From Takakia lepidozioides (taxonomy: Eukaryota > Plantae > Bryophyta), in contig CM060732.1 of the NCBI GenBank assembly GCA_030704615.1, positions 73,408,001 to 73,472,000 on the forward strand: a stretch of 64,000 nucleotides of DNA, written 5' to 3'. Of this stretch, positions 9,986 to 22,933 are shown piece by piece (within the stretch, counting starts at the first letter, position 1; every line of letters starts with the position of its first letter). Made by a program: the position numbers and the translations under genes. The notes under the pieces were generated by a model. The model ran no database searches, was not told the DNA's origin, and saw only the letters and a program-made list of their open reading frames with translations.

Positions 9986-12018
9986 ACGAAGGTTGAAACC
10001 CTCTTGAAAGAAATGAGAATAAAACAATCAAGCAATTTGTGAAGCGAGAACTCCACCACAAAGAAAGTGAAATGAACTGGAAGAGACAAACCCTGAAGAG
10101 ACACCTAATATGGATTATAACCATTTTAAATATCATTATCCATCCATCCATCCATGAAATTTTCCATCCACCCAGGAGCCCTGTGTGTGGGTCGCCATAC
10201 AGTAATTGTGTGGCGAGTTGCTGGATTTCCCATATTGTGTACGGATTATTGCATGGCGAAAAATTGGCACGTGGAAAGAGGAGGCGATGTGGCAGCGCCG
10301 GATTGTAGGGCCAGGAAGAGGCGACGTGGCAGGGAGAGGCCAGCAAGAGAGCGCATGGGAGCACGTCACAGGAGCTGACCTGGCAGCGGGGCCAGCCAGC
10401 AGCCCACCTCGGGCATGAGGACGGGAGCCCGGGCCGCACTATCCTCAAAGGGCTTGGGACATAGGCGAGGGCGGGCGGTGTCCCATTTGGACGCCTTCAT
10501 GGGCAGGTTAAGTTACTGTGAAACAGGATATTTTCTCCTCTCACTATCAAGGGGCCTGATTTGTGAGCTGTCGCTCCCAGGTGTTTCCCTTTGAGAAAAA
10601 AAAAGAAGAAAAAAATATAGTTCCCCAATGGCTCTTATAGTCCGGCAGTGGGCCAAGAAGGTACCCTTCATTCAAGCGTTGGCAACTTCAGTTCACTGCG
10701 TAACTTTCACCTCAATGTCAATATCCACCTCTGCATTTTACATCTCCTTGATATGAATATATCTGTAGCCCGTTTTTTAGGAGGAGAGGAGGAGAGTAAT
10801 CAAACTGGAGAGTATGAGAAGGAGAGGAAATCTGCCAGTCGGGAAACAATCAAGAACAAACTACGAGATTCTTGAACACATAGGACAGTGCAGGCCTATG
10901 TGCGTGGTGATCTGTATGGCAACAAAGTGATAGTGTTGTACAAAGGATTTTGTAGTCGATTTGGTGGTTCTGCCTTCCTTGCTCTCACTTTCGAAATCGA
11001 CCACAAAATCCTCTATGCCAGTCCAGAATTCTTCTTCATGGAACATTCCATTCTAATTGGTTAGTCGGTGCAGCTGATGGAGAAGGATCAAATCATAGCA
11101 TGAGAAGATGATGGCCTTAGCGAGGGACGTGGAAAGAGAAGTGGAAGGAACAGCTAGTAGAATAACCGAAGGATGGCACCATACATCATGTCGTTGTGAA
11201 TTGAAAGTGTTCTTTGGTGAAAGTGTTGTTTGTTTAGATGCCATCTGCTGGGCACAGCCAAGACGAAACTGTGAGCCTAGTTATTTTCGGGTTTCAAACA
11301 AATGACTGAAGACCTCAAGGCTGTAAATAATCTTAAGCACACAAGCAAGACAAGATTCAAAGCTTTACCCCATCACCTCTAATCAAGAGAGTTTGACAAG
11401 GCTGAGCAATTCCTCCATCGAGGGTTGGAGTAGGCCTTGATGACATTGTAGCAAGGAGGACTTACTTTGTTCATGGTGCTGTGTGTCGTGTTGCTCCATA
11501 TAGAGGAAATAGCAGCTCACTTGGAATATTCAGTTTCTCTCTTTGCATGACCTCTCCAAGAGCTGTGTTGGGATGGCTATAGAGCAATCATGTGGCTTAA
11601 ACTCTTGCAGGACCACACACTGTATCCGTTGCAGAACACCATCAGAGCATACGCATTGCCCTTAACGGTCCAGAGACACTTCCACGCATTGCATGACCAG
11701 CCGACAGAAAAAGCTTTGAACGGGTCCAGAAAAAGAGAATATATGCTTTGAATTTGCATTGAATTTTTAGAGCCAAAATGGCCTCTAATAAAGATGACAT
11801 TCTTCAAGAGATGTATCTCCATCTCCAGCTTATTGCTACAGGTCACAAACAAGGACCTTCAATCAAATCTGGTGAGTAATTACAAGGGAGTCTGGTCCAA
11901 CATGGACCTGCTCCAAGGTCATACTTAATCTATCATAAATTTATCAATTGTAGAAATAATTCAAACAATATAAATGATGTAATCAAAACTCCACCCGGCG
12001 AGAGTGACCTTCTGGTCA

Positions 12019-15000
12019 CTACAGGGCATGTAAGTCTAACATCTCATATTCATGTGCAATTTGGAGAGGAGTATCCTTGGAGACAGGTCGCTCCTCAGAC
12101 CACAATTCCAGATTGCAAGCGCCAGGTCCCCAATGAATGAGACAAGTAGCCACCTCCTCCACGTTAAACCTGTTGACCAGTGCAAGACCCGTTACCTTGT
12201 CCTCCAACATCCATTTCCCTGTCCACACACCATATCCACAACAATCGTCAAGCATTCTGCGTACATAGTTGCAAAGCCATTATTAGCTCCCACCAACAAC
12301 TTCCAAGGCTGTTCAGTTCATCTATGGTTTCTGCATTTCCTTGGTAGAATCTCTGGCTGCAGCCTCAGCTGAAAGAGAAAACCTTTTTTATAGTTCTATA
12401 CTCTTCCATGCCCCACTTGCCATGAGTATGACCATTCCCTCACTGTAGGAGGGCCATTGGCTATTATATCCCACAAGGCAGATATACAAAAATCAAGTTT
12501 GTGCCCAGATACTTAATACAGCTCCTATTACAGCTCCTATTAAACAAATGTTTCAAGGGCCAAACGAACTAAGACAACAAACCCATCTGGCACATTCTAC
12601 GCATGTTCCTCCCCAAGAGCTGAGCACAAGAAACAAATAAGTCCTGTAATCTGCATGCTTCACACCCTTTGAACTCACCGTTGGGTCTGTCTGCATCTCG
12701 GAGCCATGTTTCCTCGAACTCCAGGTTTGCAGTCAGTTCATGAGATGTCCCATCTACCGCCACAAACTTTACCACCGTTTCCAAGGGATGTGCCAATTTG
12801 AATGTGGGATGTACCCGGAGACAGACCAACCTGCCAAATCACGTTTATTCCATTAACAGCGCACTTGATCAAAAAGACTGAAAGGAAACTACTCACTGCA
12901 ATAGCACACATGATTCTGTTAATCCCTCACTATGTAACCATCATGACACCAGGGTTAACCTTCAACAGGGCAAGAGGAAGCTGCTGCAGCATGAGAGCAT
13001 TAAATGTCAAAGAAACCAGCGAGCGCCCCTGGCGATAGTGTCTCTGCTGTGGAGGTGAAGTGACATCAAACCCAGGGAATTAGTTCCATCTTCTTCCTGA
13101 ATGAGTTCATGTAATGGAGACAGCAGGTCCAAGCCTGCGTGGTTTCATGGTCATACCTAGAAAAGCCGCCAGAGCCTGCACCTACCGACCTCGCTACAAT
13201 CTTGGAACAAATTCGCACTACATTTGAAGATCCCTCTGAGAGGGCAATCTGGCGACACAAGCCAAGTCCACCACCTATGTCTCCTTCCATCTCCAAAACA
13301 TTTCCCCCCCCCATTTGTGCAAGATTGTGTCTGCAAAACCAACCAGGTCACAGTTGAGACCTTGGCAAGGTGAGACTAATCATCAGACAACCCAAGGTAC
13401 AATAACATTCAAATGATCATATCCCATGACCCTGCTGGTGAAAGCACCTCACAGGATCGAGCCAATCCCCAGCGTGTTGAGGCCTGGAAACTGGCGGATG
13501 GTCGCAAATGTCACAACTGCTTTGGTTTGAGAGGTAAGCGCTATTTCTGTTTTCCCGCTGTATGAAATCCTTAGAGCGGCTCTAAGGGATCCTTAGAACG
13601 AACGTAAGGGTTATTCTCACAACTGCCAGGGTTTAGGGTTTAGGTGCTTTAGTGCACATATAAATCCACGTAATCTCAACAACTGAGTACTCAGAACCTG
13701 TCTGCTGCAATTGTGTCTTATCTGCACTAAAAAGAAGCACACAGTGGCTTCTTGAGGACAGAGATAACCAAGGTTATTCTCACAACAACTGCCAGGGTTT
13801 AGGGTTTAGGTGCTTTAGTGCACATATAAATCCGCATAATCTCAACTGACAACAACTTGGTACTCAGAATCTGCCTGCTGCAATTGTGTATTATCTGCAC
13901 TAAAAAAAAGCACACAGTGGCTTGCTTTACTCAAAAGTATACCTGTTGACTTTATACTCTTCCATGCAGCCAGAAGACCGATGCTCCACCCCACTATATT
14001 CCTCGTAGCCTCCTGATTCCAATCTACCCTCGATCCACTCATAACCTGTACAAACCCACCTCATCTTCAATGTTAGTAGGGTTGGTTTTAGTTTGTCCAC
14101 AGAGTCATCCATGAATGCGACACCGAGGGTAATATTTCTCACTGCCTTGACCTTGAACATCCGACAACATAAACAACACATGCACATTAGCAGCAGAGAG
14201 GTTTTAAGATTGTACTCATAAGACGTTGTTCGCCGCAGCCTTGTGGCCATTGACCCCGCGCCCAGTTTGAGCGGGAACAAAAGGGACAGAACCTACCTCT
14301 GTCAGGGGCTGACGTTGGTAGTAAGACTTACCTCCATATAAAGAATTAATCCGGGTTTTCCAGATATCCTCTAGAAATCCCTTCACACAAGCATCAATCT
14401 GCTGTGTGTGATTTGCCCAAAAACTAGGCCTCAGGAGGGCCTGGGCTTTTGGCTCAGCCTCGAGACTTTCAAAGTTGGTAAACAGGGGTACAGGCACAAT
14501 AACCTTAATAGATTTGAAGAGAGCATCTCTTTGGTGAGAGAACGCCGGACAGTGTATCAGAAAATGAATACTGTCTTCAGATTGCCCACACAACAGGCAA
14601 TTGCACTCTCCCTTTCCTCTCTGCTTCTGTTTGCTGTTCAAAGGTAGGCTTCCTGCCCTGAGTTTAAATTTCAGTCTAGTGCCGAGAGTGGGTAGACCCT
14701 TGAGGTCATCCAAGATGTCCTCCCCCATGTCACAGACTGGAAACAAGTTCAGGGAAGTTTTCTGCCTAACTTCATTTTCATCAGACAATCTCATGGCAAC
14801 AGACATGGCTGAGGACACTACAGCCTCTATGTCAGATTTATCCAGCAGGGTCAAGACTTGCGGATCCAGGTCCAGGTCCTTGAGGATCTCTTCTACTCTC
14901 TTCTGCCAGGACTTGGCCTGTTTGACAGGGCGGTCCTGTTTCCAAGATGTAGAGTCGATTAACTTAGGATATCTGGTGTTGGGCATATGTTGCTGACCCC

Positions 15001-18000
15001 ACCATCTGACCTTGAATTCATCTCGTCGGGAGCTTAAGGACGGAATGCCAAACTCACCCGGAACAGCCACATTGGCTGTTTTGGAGCATGCTGACATACA
15101 CTCCTTAAGCACCCCCACTTAAATGGATTCTAGAGACTTAGCCTGGTTGGAGTTATCAACCCATATAGCAGATCCGTACTCCAAGGCAGGTCTAATAACG
15201 CGACAAAGCATGGTTTTCTTAACCTCAGAGTTGACCCCTCTGCAGTGGAAAAATTTAGTGAGCCCCAGAGCTTTGCCCTTGCCAGTTTGAACAACTTTCC
15301 AGATATGTGCATCCCAATTACAATTGGAGGAGAACTCAACGCCCAGGTAAGTGTAGGAAGGGAGGACCGGGATCTCTTGACTACCCCACTGCCACTTAAG
15401 ATCACTTCCTCCCTCTCCTCTGTCGTTGAATGCTACCACTGCACATTTGCTGACATTAGCCTCTAGCGTTAGAGAGGTCTTAAGAGCTAGGTATTTAGTG
15501 GGGTTTACAAGGAACTGGAGTCAACCTGTTGGCTTGAATATCATCGAAAAGATACGACCTCCAGCCCAGGGCACCACTTTGACCAAGCAGTTTCCACCTT
15601 CAAGGTCTATTGACACCTTCACAGCCTCGCTCTGTGGAACATTCATTTCTGCTTCATCTACCAACACCTCCCCATTCTCTGCATCACATACAAAACAACA
15701 CAAGTATGTTAGAATGATACAGATATACCCACATAAGAAACATCAACACCAAACCACCTTATCAGGTTACTCTAAATAAAAGTAGATAGAAAAAGCTAGA
15801 AAAGTCACATACCAATCTTTGCATTCTGTTGCTTCCAACTGGCATCAACAAGCTGCGCAATTTCAGATGTTGCAGGCAGCTGTATCCTGATTTCCTCTCC
15901 ATCCACACCCTCAGCTTCAACCTGCAACAAGATTGCCTTTTTAGGAAATCGACCAACCTCCAGCACATCTTACTACCACATTTGCCTGGTCAAAAAAGGA
16001 ATAATACATTAGTAGCATTTGCTGGCATTTGCACAGACCAATCAGCTGACCTGGGTGAAATCACCAATCAACACGCGCACGTGAAGGGGACGTTGAGGCC
16101 TCTCCCAGCTGCCTTCAGTGTGGGCCACTTTTATCAGAACCTCTTCCCCCTGCCCATTCTGGCTGGGAAGCAGCTGTGCTTCATAATGTGTAAGTAGAAA
16201 TTGCCCCTGCTGGTAATTAAACCCATCGTCATCATCCTCATATAAAACTCCCTCAGCTTTCCCTGTCACCACCAGAGGCAAGAAGAGGACATACAATCTT
16301 CAAGTTCCATTCACAAGCAACAGATTGACAAGAGCATGAGTCAAAATGAAGTGGTCACCTTGCCTGCCTTAAGCCAGAAAGTGGAGCAAAGCTAACTCTC
16401 TCAAACATGATCAAGAATCTATACTTATTGATCGCTTCCTGTAAACTTGTAGATGACATTCTTGGAGGCATTCTAGTCCCCAGAGCATACCAGCCCTAGG
16501 GTATGGCCTATGGACTCAGCCCACGATTGTTATGCTGCTCGCATCACAACCAACGAAACTCTCAGTGATTTGGGTGAAGTGTTTAAGGACTGGCTCTAAC
16601 AGCATTGTACAGAACATGGAATTGGATTCTCGAATGCTACTTTCCTTCACCCGAACATAAATGTGCCTAGTGTTTTTATGGACGTTACACATAGGGTTGG
16701 GATTGCCTTGCCATACACACTGTCCTGACAAGACAGAAGAAAGAAGAGCACAGTTCCTCAGCATTTAAAGAGAGGGTACATCCACGAGGGGAAGAGTTAC
16801 CATTCTGATCAAGAGCCACCAACAGCGTCACAGGGTCAGTAGAGCTGGTCTGGCTAGTATGCTGTACCACAGGGCCTGTTGGTACAATGGCCCCCCCCTT
16901 CAAGTACAGCAGTGGCAGCTCCTGCAATCAATGCAAAAAGGTTAAGGGTTCGCCCTATATACCTGTAGAGACCAGCTTTTTCCAGAAACATCTACCACCG
17001 TAAGTCATGAGAATAAGAATGACCCAAATTCTAAAGCTACAACTGCCAACCTACTTACTGCAAATCAACCTCTCGGAGAATTCTCTGCAAAAATAACAGG
17101 AAAGAAAACAACTGCCACAAAGACAACATATATCTTCCTCCTTAAAATAAGCCTGAAATACTGTTGCCGCTTCTTACAGGGTGGTCATCCTTGAAATTGA
17201 ACCGATGCCAGATTCCATTGGGTAAGACAGGGGTTTTGAGCGATGCTTTTTCCTTTGATTCAATACTGCAAAACCGTGCAAATAAACAAAGTTTAGTTGC
17301 GGGCTAGTGCTCTTTTCAGAACTCTCCTTCAGCCTGATCAATCAAGATGGGCAGCTGGGGACATAATTCAAGACCATGAGTATGATCAGTCCACACAGAA
17401 AGTCTCGCTAGAGATATAGGCATATAGCTATGAAGCAAGTAGATGTAGAACCAATGTCAATTGAAAGTTTGAGTCGTCCAAGAACAAGCGCTGCAGAGGA
17501 CCTATCAAACAAATTGAATATTCAAACAAACCTCACCTGGCTGAAACTAGAATTCCGCCCAACAGAAAACTGTCGTCTACCTTCCGGAGCTTGGGATCCT
17601 TAGGATCTGGCACATACAAGACACATTACAATAAAGGCTCAAGCACAGCTAGAGAGAGAGAAACAAAGGAAGAAAGAAACTTTGTAATGTCCGCGGAAAG
17701 CCCAAAGAGCTTATGGGGCAAAGGAAAGCATGATACAAGACAGAGACAGAGATACACCGACCACGCCAACCTCTTTGCCCCTTTCAGAGTACCACCCTCA
17801 GATCAAGCAAACATCTACTTCCTCCTTTGGCATAACTCAATGAGTGCTTGAATCTTCTAGACTAAGGATGAATTATACCAGCAAAAAATAATGGGGCCAC
17901 AACAGGCACCCCTGTGAGATGTGCCTTGTAGAAGAGCGTGTAGAAGTGTGGCAAAAGTCGATATCTTCTATTCAATGCCAACCGACAAATCTCTTCAACC

Positions 18001-21000
18001 TGCAAACACGCACATAGATGCTTTTAGGAACATCCCCTTCTGAATGAGTAAATTATGGATCTGCGTCAACATTATCTTCCTCCATCTTTCTCCTCTGATA
18101 TAGCATTCAAACCTATGGAGGAATTTCTCTTGGACCTGTGCAGTACCAGTCTTCTTTATGACTTCACTCAGGCGACAGCTTATTCACCTTTGAGCAGCAT
18201 TTCCCGCATTTTGAGGCCTTACATATATTGGCCTCAACCTCCTCTCTTGGATTATCTAGTAGGTCATAAGTTTTTGCATCACAAGGTGCAATAAGAGGGT
18301 TTCCTTTGGGAAAAAGCTGAAAAAACAATCAGCCACATTTTTGAAGGTTAATCCAACAATGGAACAGGCCTTTCATGCCAGCAGTGGCCTCCACTGTTAC
18401 CCTTTACCCCACTTCTTCTGCTCCATCCAGACCAGGCTATTCCCAATGTCTACAGCAAGAAAAAATAACTACGTCTCTTTCTTAACACAAGCCCGCAAGG
18501 CCACAGCAAGCAAGGTCTAATGACTACACTCATTTCCCAACTTGCAGGTTCATCGAGATGGATTAGTATGATGGTGCCATATCTGCTTGAACTGTGCCCA
18601 CTATTGATTTTCATTTTGATCACACATGGTCACTAACACAGATACACTCATCTCCAGGAAGAAAACCTGCAAAACTCATTTACCTTGGTGCCAAAAGACC
18701 ATGGCTCCTGATCAATCGTCCCCTGTTCAGAGTGTCCTCTTGCAAAAGGCATCATAACACCAATCCCCATCCAGCGAGCAAACAGCCTAGGAGTAGCATC
18801 TCCCGCAAATCCACCGATATCAGGACCTGACATTGCTTGCCCACTGAGACCCTGTGTATCACAGGCAAAGAGCCCGCAGCTTTAATAAAACAAAAATGTA
18901 GTAGCACAATCTTTCTGATTTTTTGGAGAAGGAATTAGATTCAATATAGGGCAGGGAAATTGATAAGACTAAAGCTTTTCACAGCAGTCTGCTGGCACCC
19001 CAGTAACTTCAATTTGAAACCTCCCAAACAATCTAGAGAGGCTGATATGACAAGTTTGGAAAAAAAATCCAAGATACGTCTCGACCAGCAAATAGCATTT
19101 CTAGTGTCCAGTGATTAAGGATTCCAACAGAAACTCATGCCTAGAGGATGGCCTGGTGACAGATAAGGATGGTGTGCAAGTAAGGCCAGATGGGTACCAA
19201 GTTGATTGCCATAGGGATACTCATTTTCAAATGCTCCCAGTTGGCAAGGTTGTCCCCAGTCCAGGTGGCAGCATATCTTTGACTTCCCATGAAACCTGCC
19301 CTAGTCAAAACAAAAGGCCTTTTGTTGGCATTTGCTTGCATCATCCCCGCGAACGTCGATTTGGCTTGTAGCATTCCATAAACCTGTTTCAAAGAAGCAA
19401 GAATTAAGATAGGTACCCGTAGAGTCTGCCTTATGCAGAGCCCACAATTCTTGCCTGGTCCTTTTTCCGACCCGCCCCCGCTTTGCAGGAACTCTAGGGA
19501 GCTCCAGCAGAGGACTCCTAATACAGGACTCAGCAGAGGAGTCCAAAGGAGTCCCTCCTAACCACCAATAACTATACAAACCAACTCTTTTATGCTTATA
19601 AGGTGTTAGAGGTCTTCTCAAGGATAAGAAAGAGAAAAAATTCCAGCAGTCCACCACCCTGAGAAGGAGTAACTGTATTCAACATCCTTTCAGCACATCA
19701 ATGCACAGTATACTGCAGCAAAATTTCACAAGAGAGAGGCACACAAGACAGTTCAACCAACCTGCTATTCCCTAATTTTCAACCCAGTTTAGTATGGTTC
19801 ATTACTCATGAGAATCCAAGCAATCATCCCAAGGTTCTCAATGAATGTAAAGAGTTGGTACATTATGGTAGTGCAAGTGACTTTGTCGACCACCAAGCTC
19901 TTCATCCCCTCTGTGAATGTTGGTCTCAGGCATTGTTTTGGAGACAGTCTGCGCATAAACATGTCAAATTAGCCTGCTACAACCATATAAAAAATGTTGT
20001 TTGCTTCTGTGGGAAAAATTGTTCATCAACAACCAGCTACTCAGTTGACACATCTTTGCTTTAAATATGACTGCTCACCTTGAACACCGCAGGTTCATTC
20101 ATATCATTCCAGATACCATCAACACCATTGGCAACAAAGTCCTTGACTAAGCCTGCCCACCATGCCCGTACTTTTGCTTGTGTAAAATCAGGGAACGAAA
20201 CCGGCCCTGGCCAGCACTCTCCTGCCAAATATGAAACAAGAAACATCGTTAAGTTCTAGTCACACTGCATACATGCTTACGCATATTAAGTAGTTCACTT
20301 CTGGTAAGACAACAACAACAGCAAGAACACAATGTGGGTCAGGGCCAAAATAAGTACTTACCAACATAGGGCTTGCCATTGGCATTCAAAATCCAGACAT
20401 CCTGAGCAGTTCCACTGTCATAGGGATGGTAACCCTTCTCACACTTCAGGCCAGGATCCAGCATCCACACTCCCTTGAAGCCGTCATCATGCAAGCTCTT
20501 TGAAAGTGCCTGTGCATCTGGGAAGGTCTCCTGAAATCAACATGCATCAGCAGGTCTTAAAAAATGTTCATACAAAAGCAACAAAGCATTCTTGAACAAG
20601 CTAGAACAACCTCTATCTCAAAAATGGGACATGGACACTAAGGAACTACATAGTTCCATACAGAGATGTCGACCAATTGGAACCCCTCAGCTTACCACCA
20701 CGAAGTTACAATTGTGTCAAAGCGAAGAAACACAATTACAGACAATCACATCACTCTGGCAGTTATGAGTGGGGTGAATTGTGGCAGCACACCCCTCATA
20801 ACTGCCAGAGCTCAATAGCTTAAACATACCATACTGAAAGGCTCCGTTTATAATTCATAGTGTGTCCTGAGTAGTGTTGCTTACAGGGTCAACAGTGAAG
20901 CAACGAAACCCATGCATGTAATCAATGTCCATCCACATCACATCACATGGTAATTTCTTTTCTCGAAAAGTTTTTGCCACCTGAATGAACAATCAACAAC

Positions 21001-22933
21001 CATTCAACTTATAATGGTCATGAACCTTGTAGTTGAGTCCTCAAAAGAAGGGGTGTATTATTCTGCAAATCATGGTTCTTGCATTTCTATTTGATGTAAG
21101 ATGTAAGTGTAGCACAAGTTGACCCACTCTAGTAGTGACAAAAAAGTCCTTTGAAGAGGCCACCAAGCCCAATTCCTGTTATCGTATTTGCATGCTCTAA
21201 AGTGATCCGACTAAGCAGCAAAGAACACCAAGTTTCTTTTTCGCAATGGCCATAACTGCAAATCCATTGACCTACCTCAGAAACCCTGGCAGCCGTTTCG
21301 TAACTCCATCGACACTGGTGATACCCAAGAGTCCACTTTGCAGGCATTGGAATGGTTCCTGCATTTTCCACAACAACGTATGGAAATCACTAACCTTACA
21401 AATGTCTCAGCACCAAATACAGTGAGTACTTTCAGACACAGAAACAGGGACAAGATCTAGTCTATGGCTCCTGAACAGTTCCAAGGGGGCATTATTGCTG
21501 GGGGGCTTTACAACCATTGCTTAAGACTAACAGAAACACCAGATGGTAGAATTTTAAATCAATCACGGTTCAGCTTAACAGCTATATGCAGAACTGAAGA
21601 CTTTATAGCAGACCATCTCAATGGGGTACAACAAGGTTCTCTCTAGATTTAGCTGCTGCTCATTCAGGGCGCCAATATGTGTGTTGAACCGCATAAGCAC
21701 ACATATATTCCCCAACAACTAGCCTTTTGACTATATCAACAACAAACTGGATATTAGATATCAACAATACGTCAGATACAAGGAATCAGCAATCGTACCA
21801 ATGGCCCGAGAGAGTGCCGTTAAAAGTGCCTCAGGTGAAGGATAAGGTCCAAACGTGATGACAGGATAAGAAAGTGCTGATGCAATCTTAATTGTTGCTT
21901 CTTTTCGCAAATCCACCTTTAGCAATATATCAGCATGTCAGTCTAACCCAAACTTTCAACAGGATCCAGCATAAGAAAACCTTTTTCAACTGTTTCCCAC
22001 TCCATAACCTTCATTTCCCCTTCACAATGCTCACACCTCAAGAAAACATTGAACAAACCCACTATATATTCTTAATATGGAGCCCCCCAGTATCTTTATT
22101 TGGCAAACTCTGGTGAAGAGTACCTCACTCTAACCAAACAGGCCACTAGCATGTTCCTGGTATCCCTCATTTGCGTATACCAGGATTGAAACAGAGGGAA
22201 GCACTCTCACCTCACAGCGTCGTGTGGTGTCTGCAAGCACTCCGAAGGCATCCCCATTTGGAAGGACTGCAAATATCCATGGATGTGATTGATAGAGGGA
22301 AGTGGTGTTTTGGTTATACCCCCAAGCATCAGTATTCCACATAAACACCTGCACCACACATGCCAGAGTCCAGTCATATGCCCCACTGCTTTGAAAGACA
22401 TTGACTAAGCACAGAACAATTAGCATCTTCCCAAACCAGGTGTGAATACTTCTTGGAATGAGACCAGCTTACCCTCTTCCCGGTGCGCTCCAGTGAACCA
22501 CCAACCTCCCCAGTCCCATAAAAAGATGTGCCCGGAGGCAGCTGCATGACAGCCAAGCACTGCAATCAGCCACCAGCAGGAAACAACTTGTCTCATTATG
22601 CAACTGTGGCCTTCCCAAAATTAAAACCACATGATGCAAACAACTACTCCTGATCATTATGCGTTTGAAGAGAAAGAAATTATTTTTCTAGAAAATAGAC
22701 TTGCTCACCTTGAAGGTCACAATTTGCTGTCCATTTTCAGACCTGCATTGAGGAACATGGGGAGGATCCACATTCCCACCAGTGGAGTCCTCCAACAAGG
22801 TCAGGTCTCTATGGCTTGAATCTGCGAATGAAAGAGAAGGCCATGCTTGCTTCCTTGCTCCTTCAGTTGAGTCAAACCGAAAGACTCCTTTCTCCAGAAC
22901 GGGCATCCAGACCATCTTTTTTGCTGGAGCCAT
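12019..22933 (-). CDS. HGL1: GH31 alpha-glucosidase, heteroglycan glucosidase 1-like; ~22 coding exons, 5' end uncertain
   Basis: GT-AG bounded exons (approx.): 22933-22710, 22542-22473, 22348-22211, 21917-21799, 21359-21277, 20981-20885, 20531-20362, 20222-20080, 19947-19860, 19383-19198, 18852-18683, 17999-17879, 17607-17537, 17267-17179, 16921-16801, 16262-16050, 15921-15812, 15679-15526, 14045-13943, 13330-13157, 12830-12679, 12218-12019. Motifs GVFRFD, FYGTGEVGG, WNTDAWGY, LGYHQCRWSY, WMDIDYM, nucleophile WNDMNEP, acid/base WTGDN, GPDIGGF, and C-terminal NLELWSEERPVSK..PL.I.HEYE typical of HGL1. Confidence 0.93.
13607..13923. repeat. Intronic tandem duplication (~150-165 bp x2) containing AGGGTTTAGGGTTTAGG
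   Basis: ggttattctcacaac..tgccagggtttagggtttaggtgctttagtgcacatataaatcc..gcacacagtggctt occurs at ~13607-13750 and ~13770-13923. Confidence 0.9.
14210..15470 (-). mobile_element. 5'-truncated RTE-X-like LINE inserted in an HGL1 intron
   Basis: End of RT (ANVSKC, YTYLGV, IRPALEYGSAIW), one in-frame stop at 15119-15121, then a C-terminal CCHC-type finger (CLLCGQSEDSIHFLIHCP). 15-bp TSD with 1 mismatch: AGAGAGGTTTTAAGA (14195-14209) / AGAGAGGTCTTAAGA (15471-15485). Lies in intron 14046-15525. Confidence 0.9.
18060..18530 (+). mobile_element. Degenerate 3' fragment of a related LINE in an HGL1 intron
   Basis: Ends gcccgcaaggccacagcaagcaaggtctaatgactaca (~18491-18528), resembling the LINE tail ggccacaaggctacggccaacaatgtcttatgagtaca. 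Upstream ILRPYIYW resembles LLRPSFW. Confidence 0.5.
20754..20810. repeat. 57-bp intronic hairpin
   Basis: CTCTGGCAGTTATGAG-T-GGGGTG ... CACCCCTCATAACTGCCAGAG: 22-bp stem with one bulge and a 12-nt loop. Confidence 0.9.

Noticed and set aside
10700-11560. Coding-like stretch downstream of HGL1
   Set aside because: Stops in all frames and no recognisable motif; left unassigned.
13628-13812. Interstitial telomere (also ~9840-9856)
   Set aside because: Only about two TTTAGGG units per site; telo-box or repair-filler scale, not a fusion scar.
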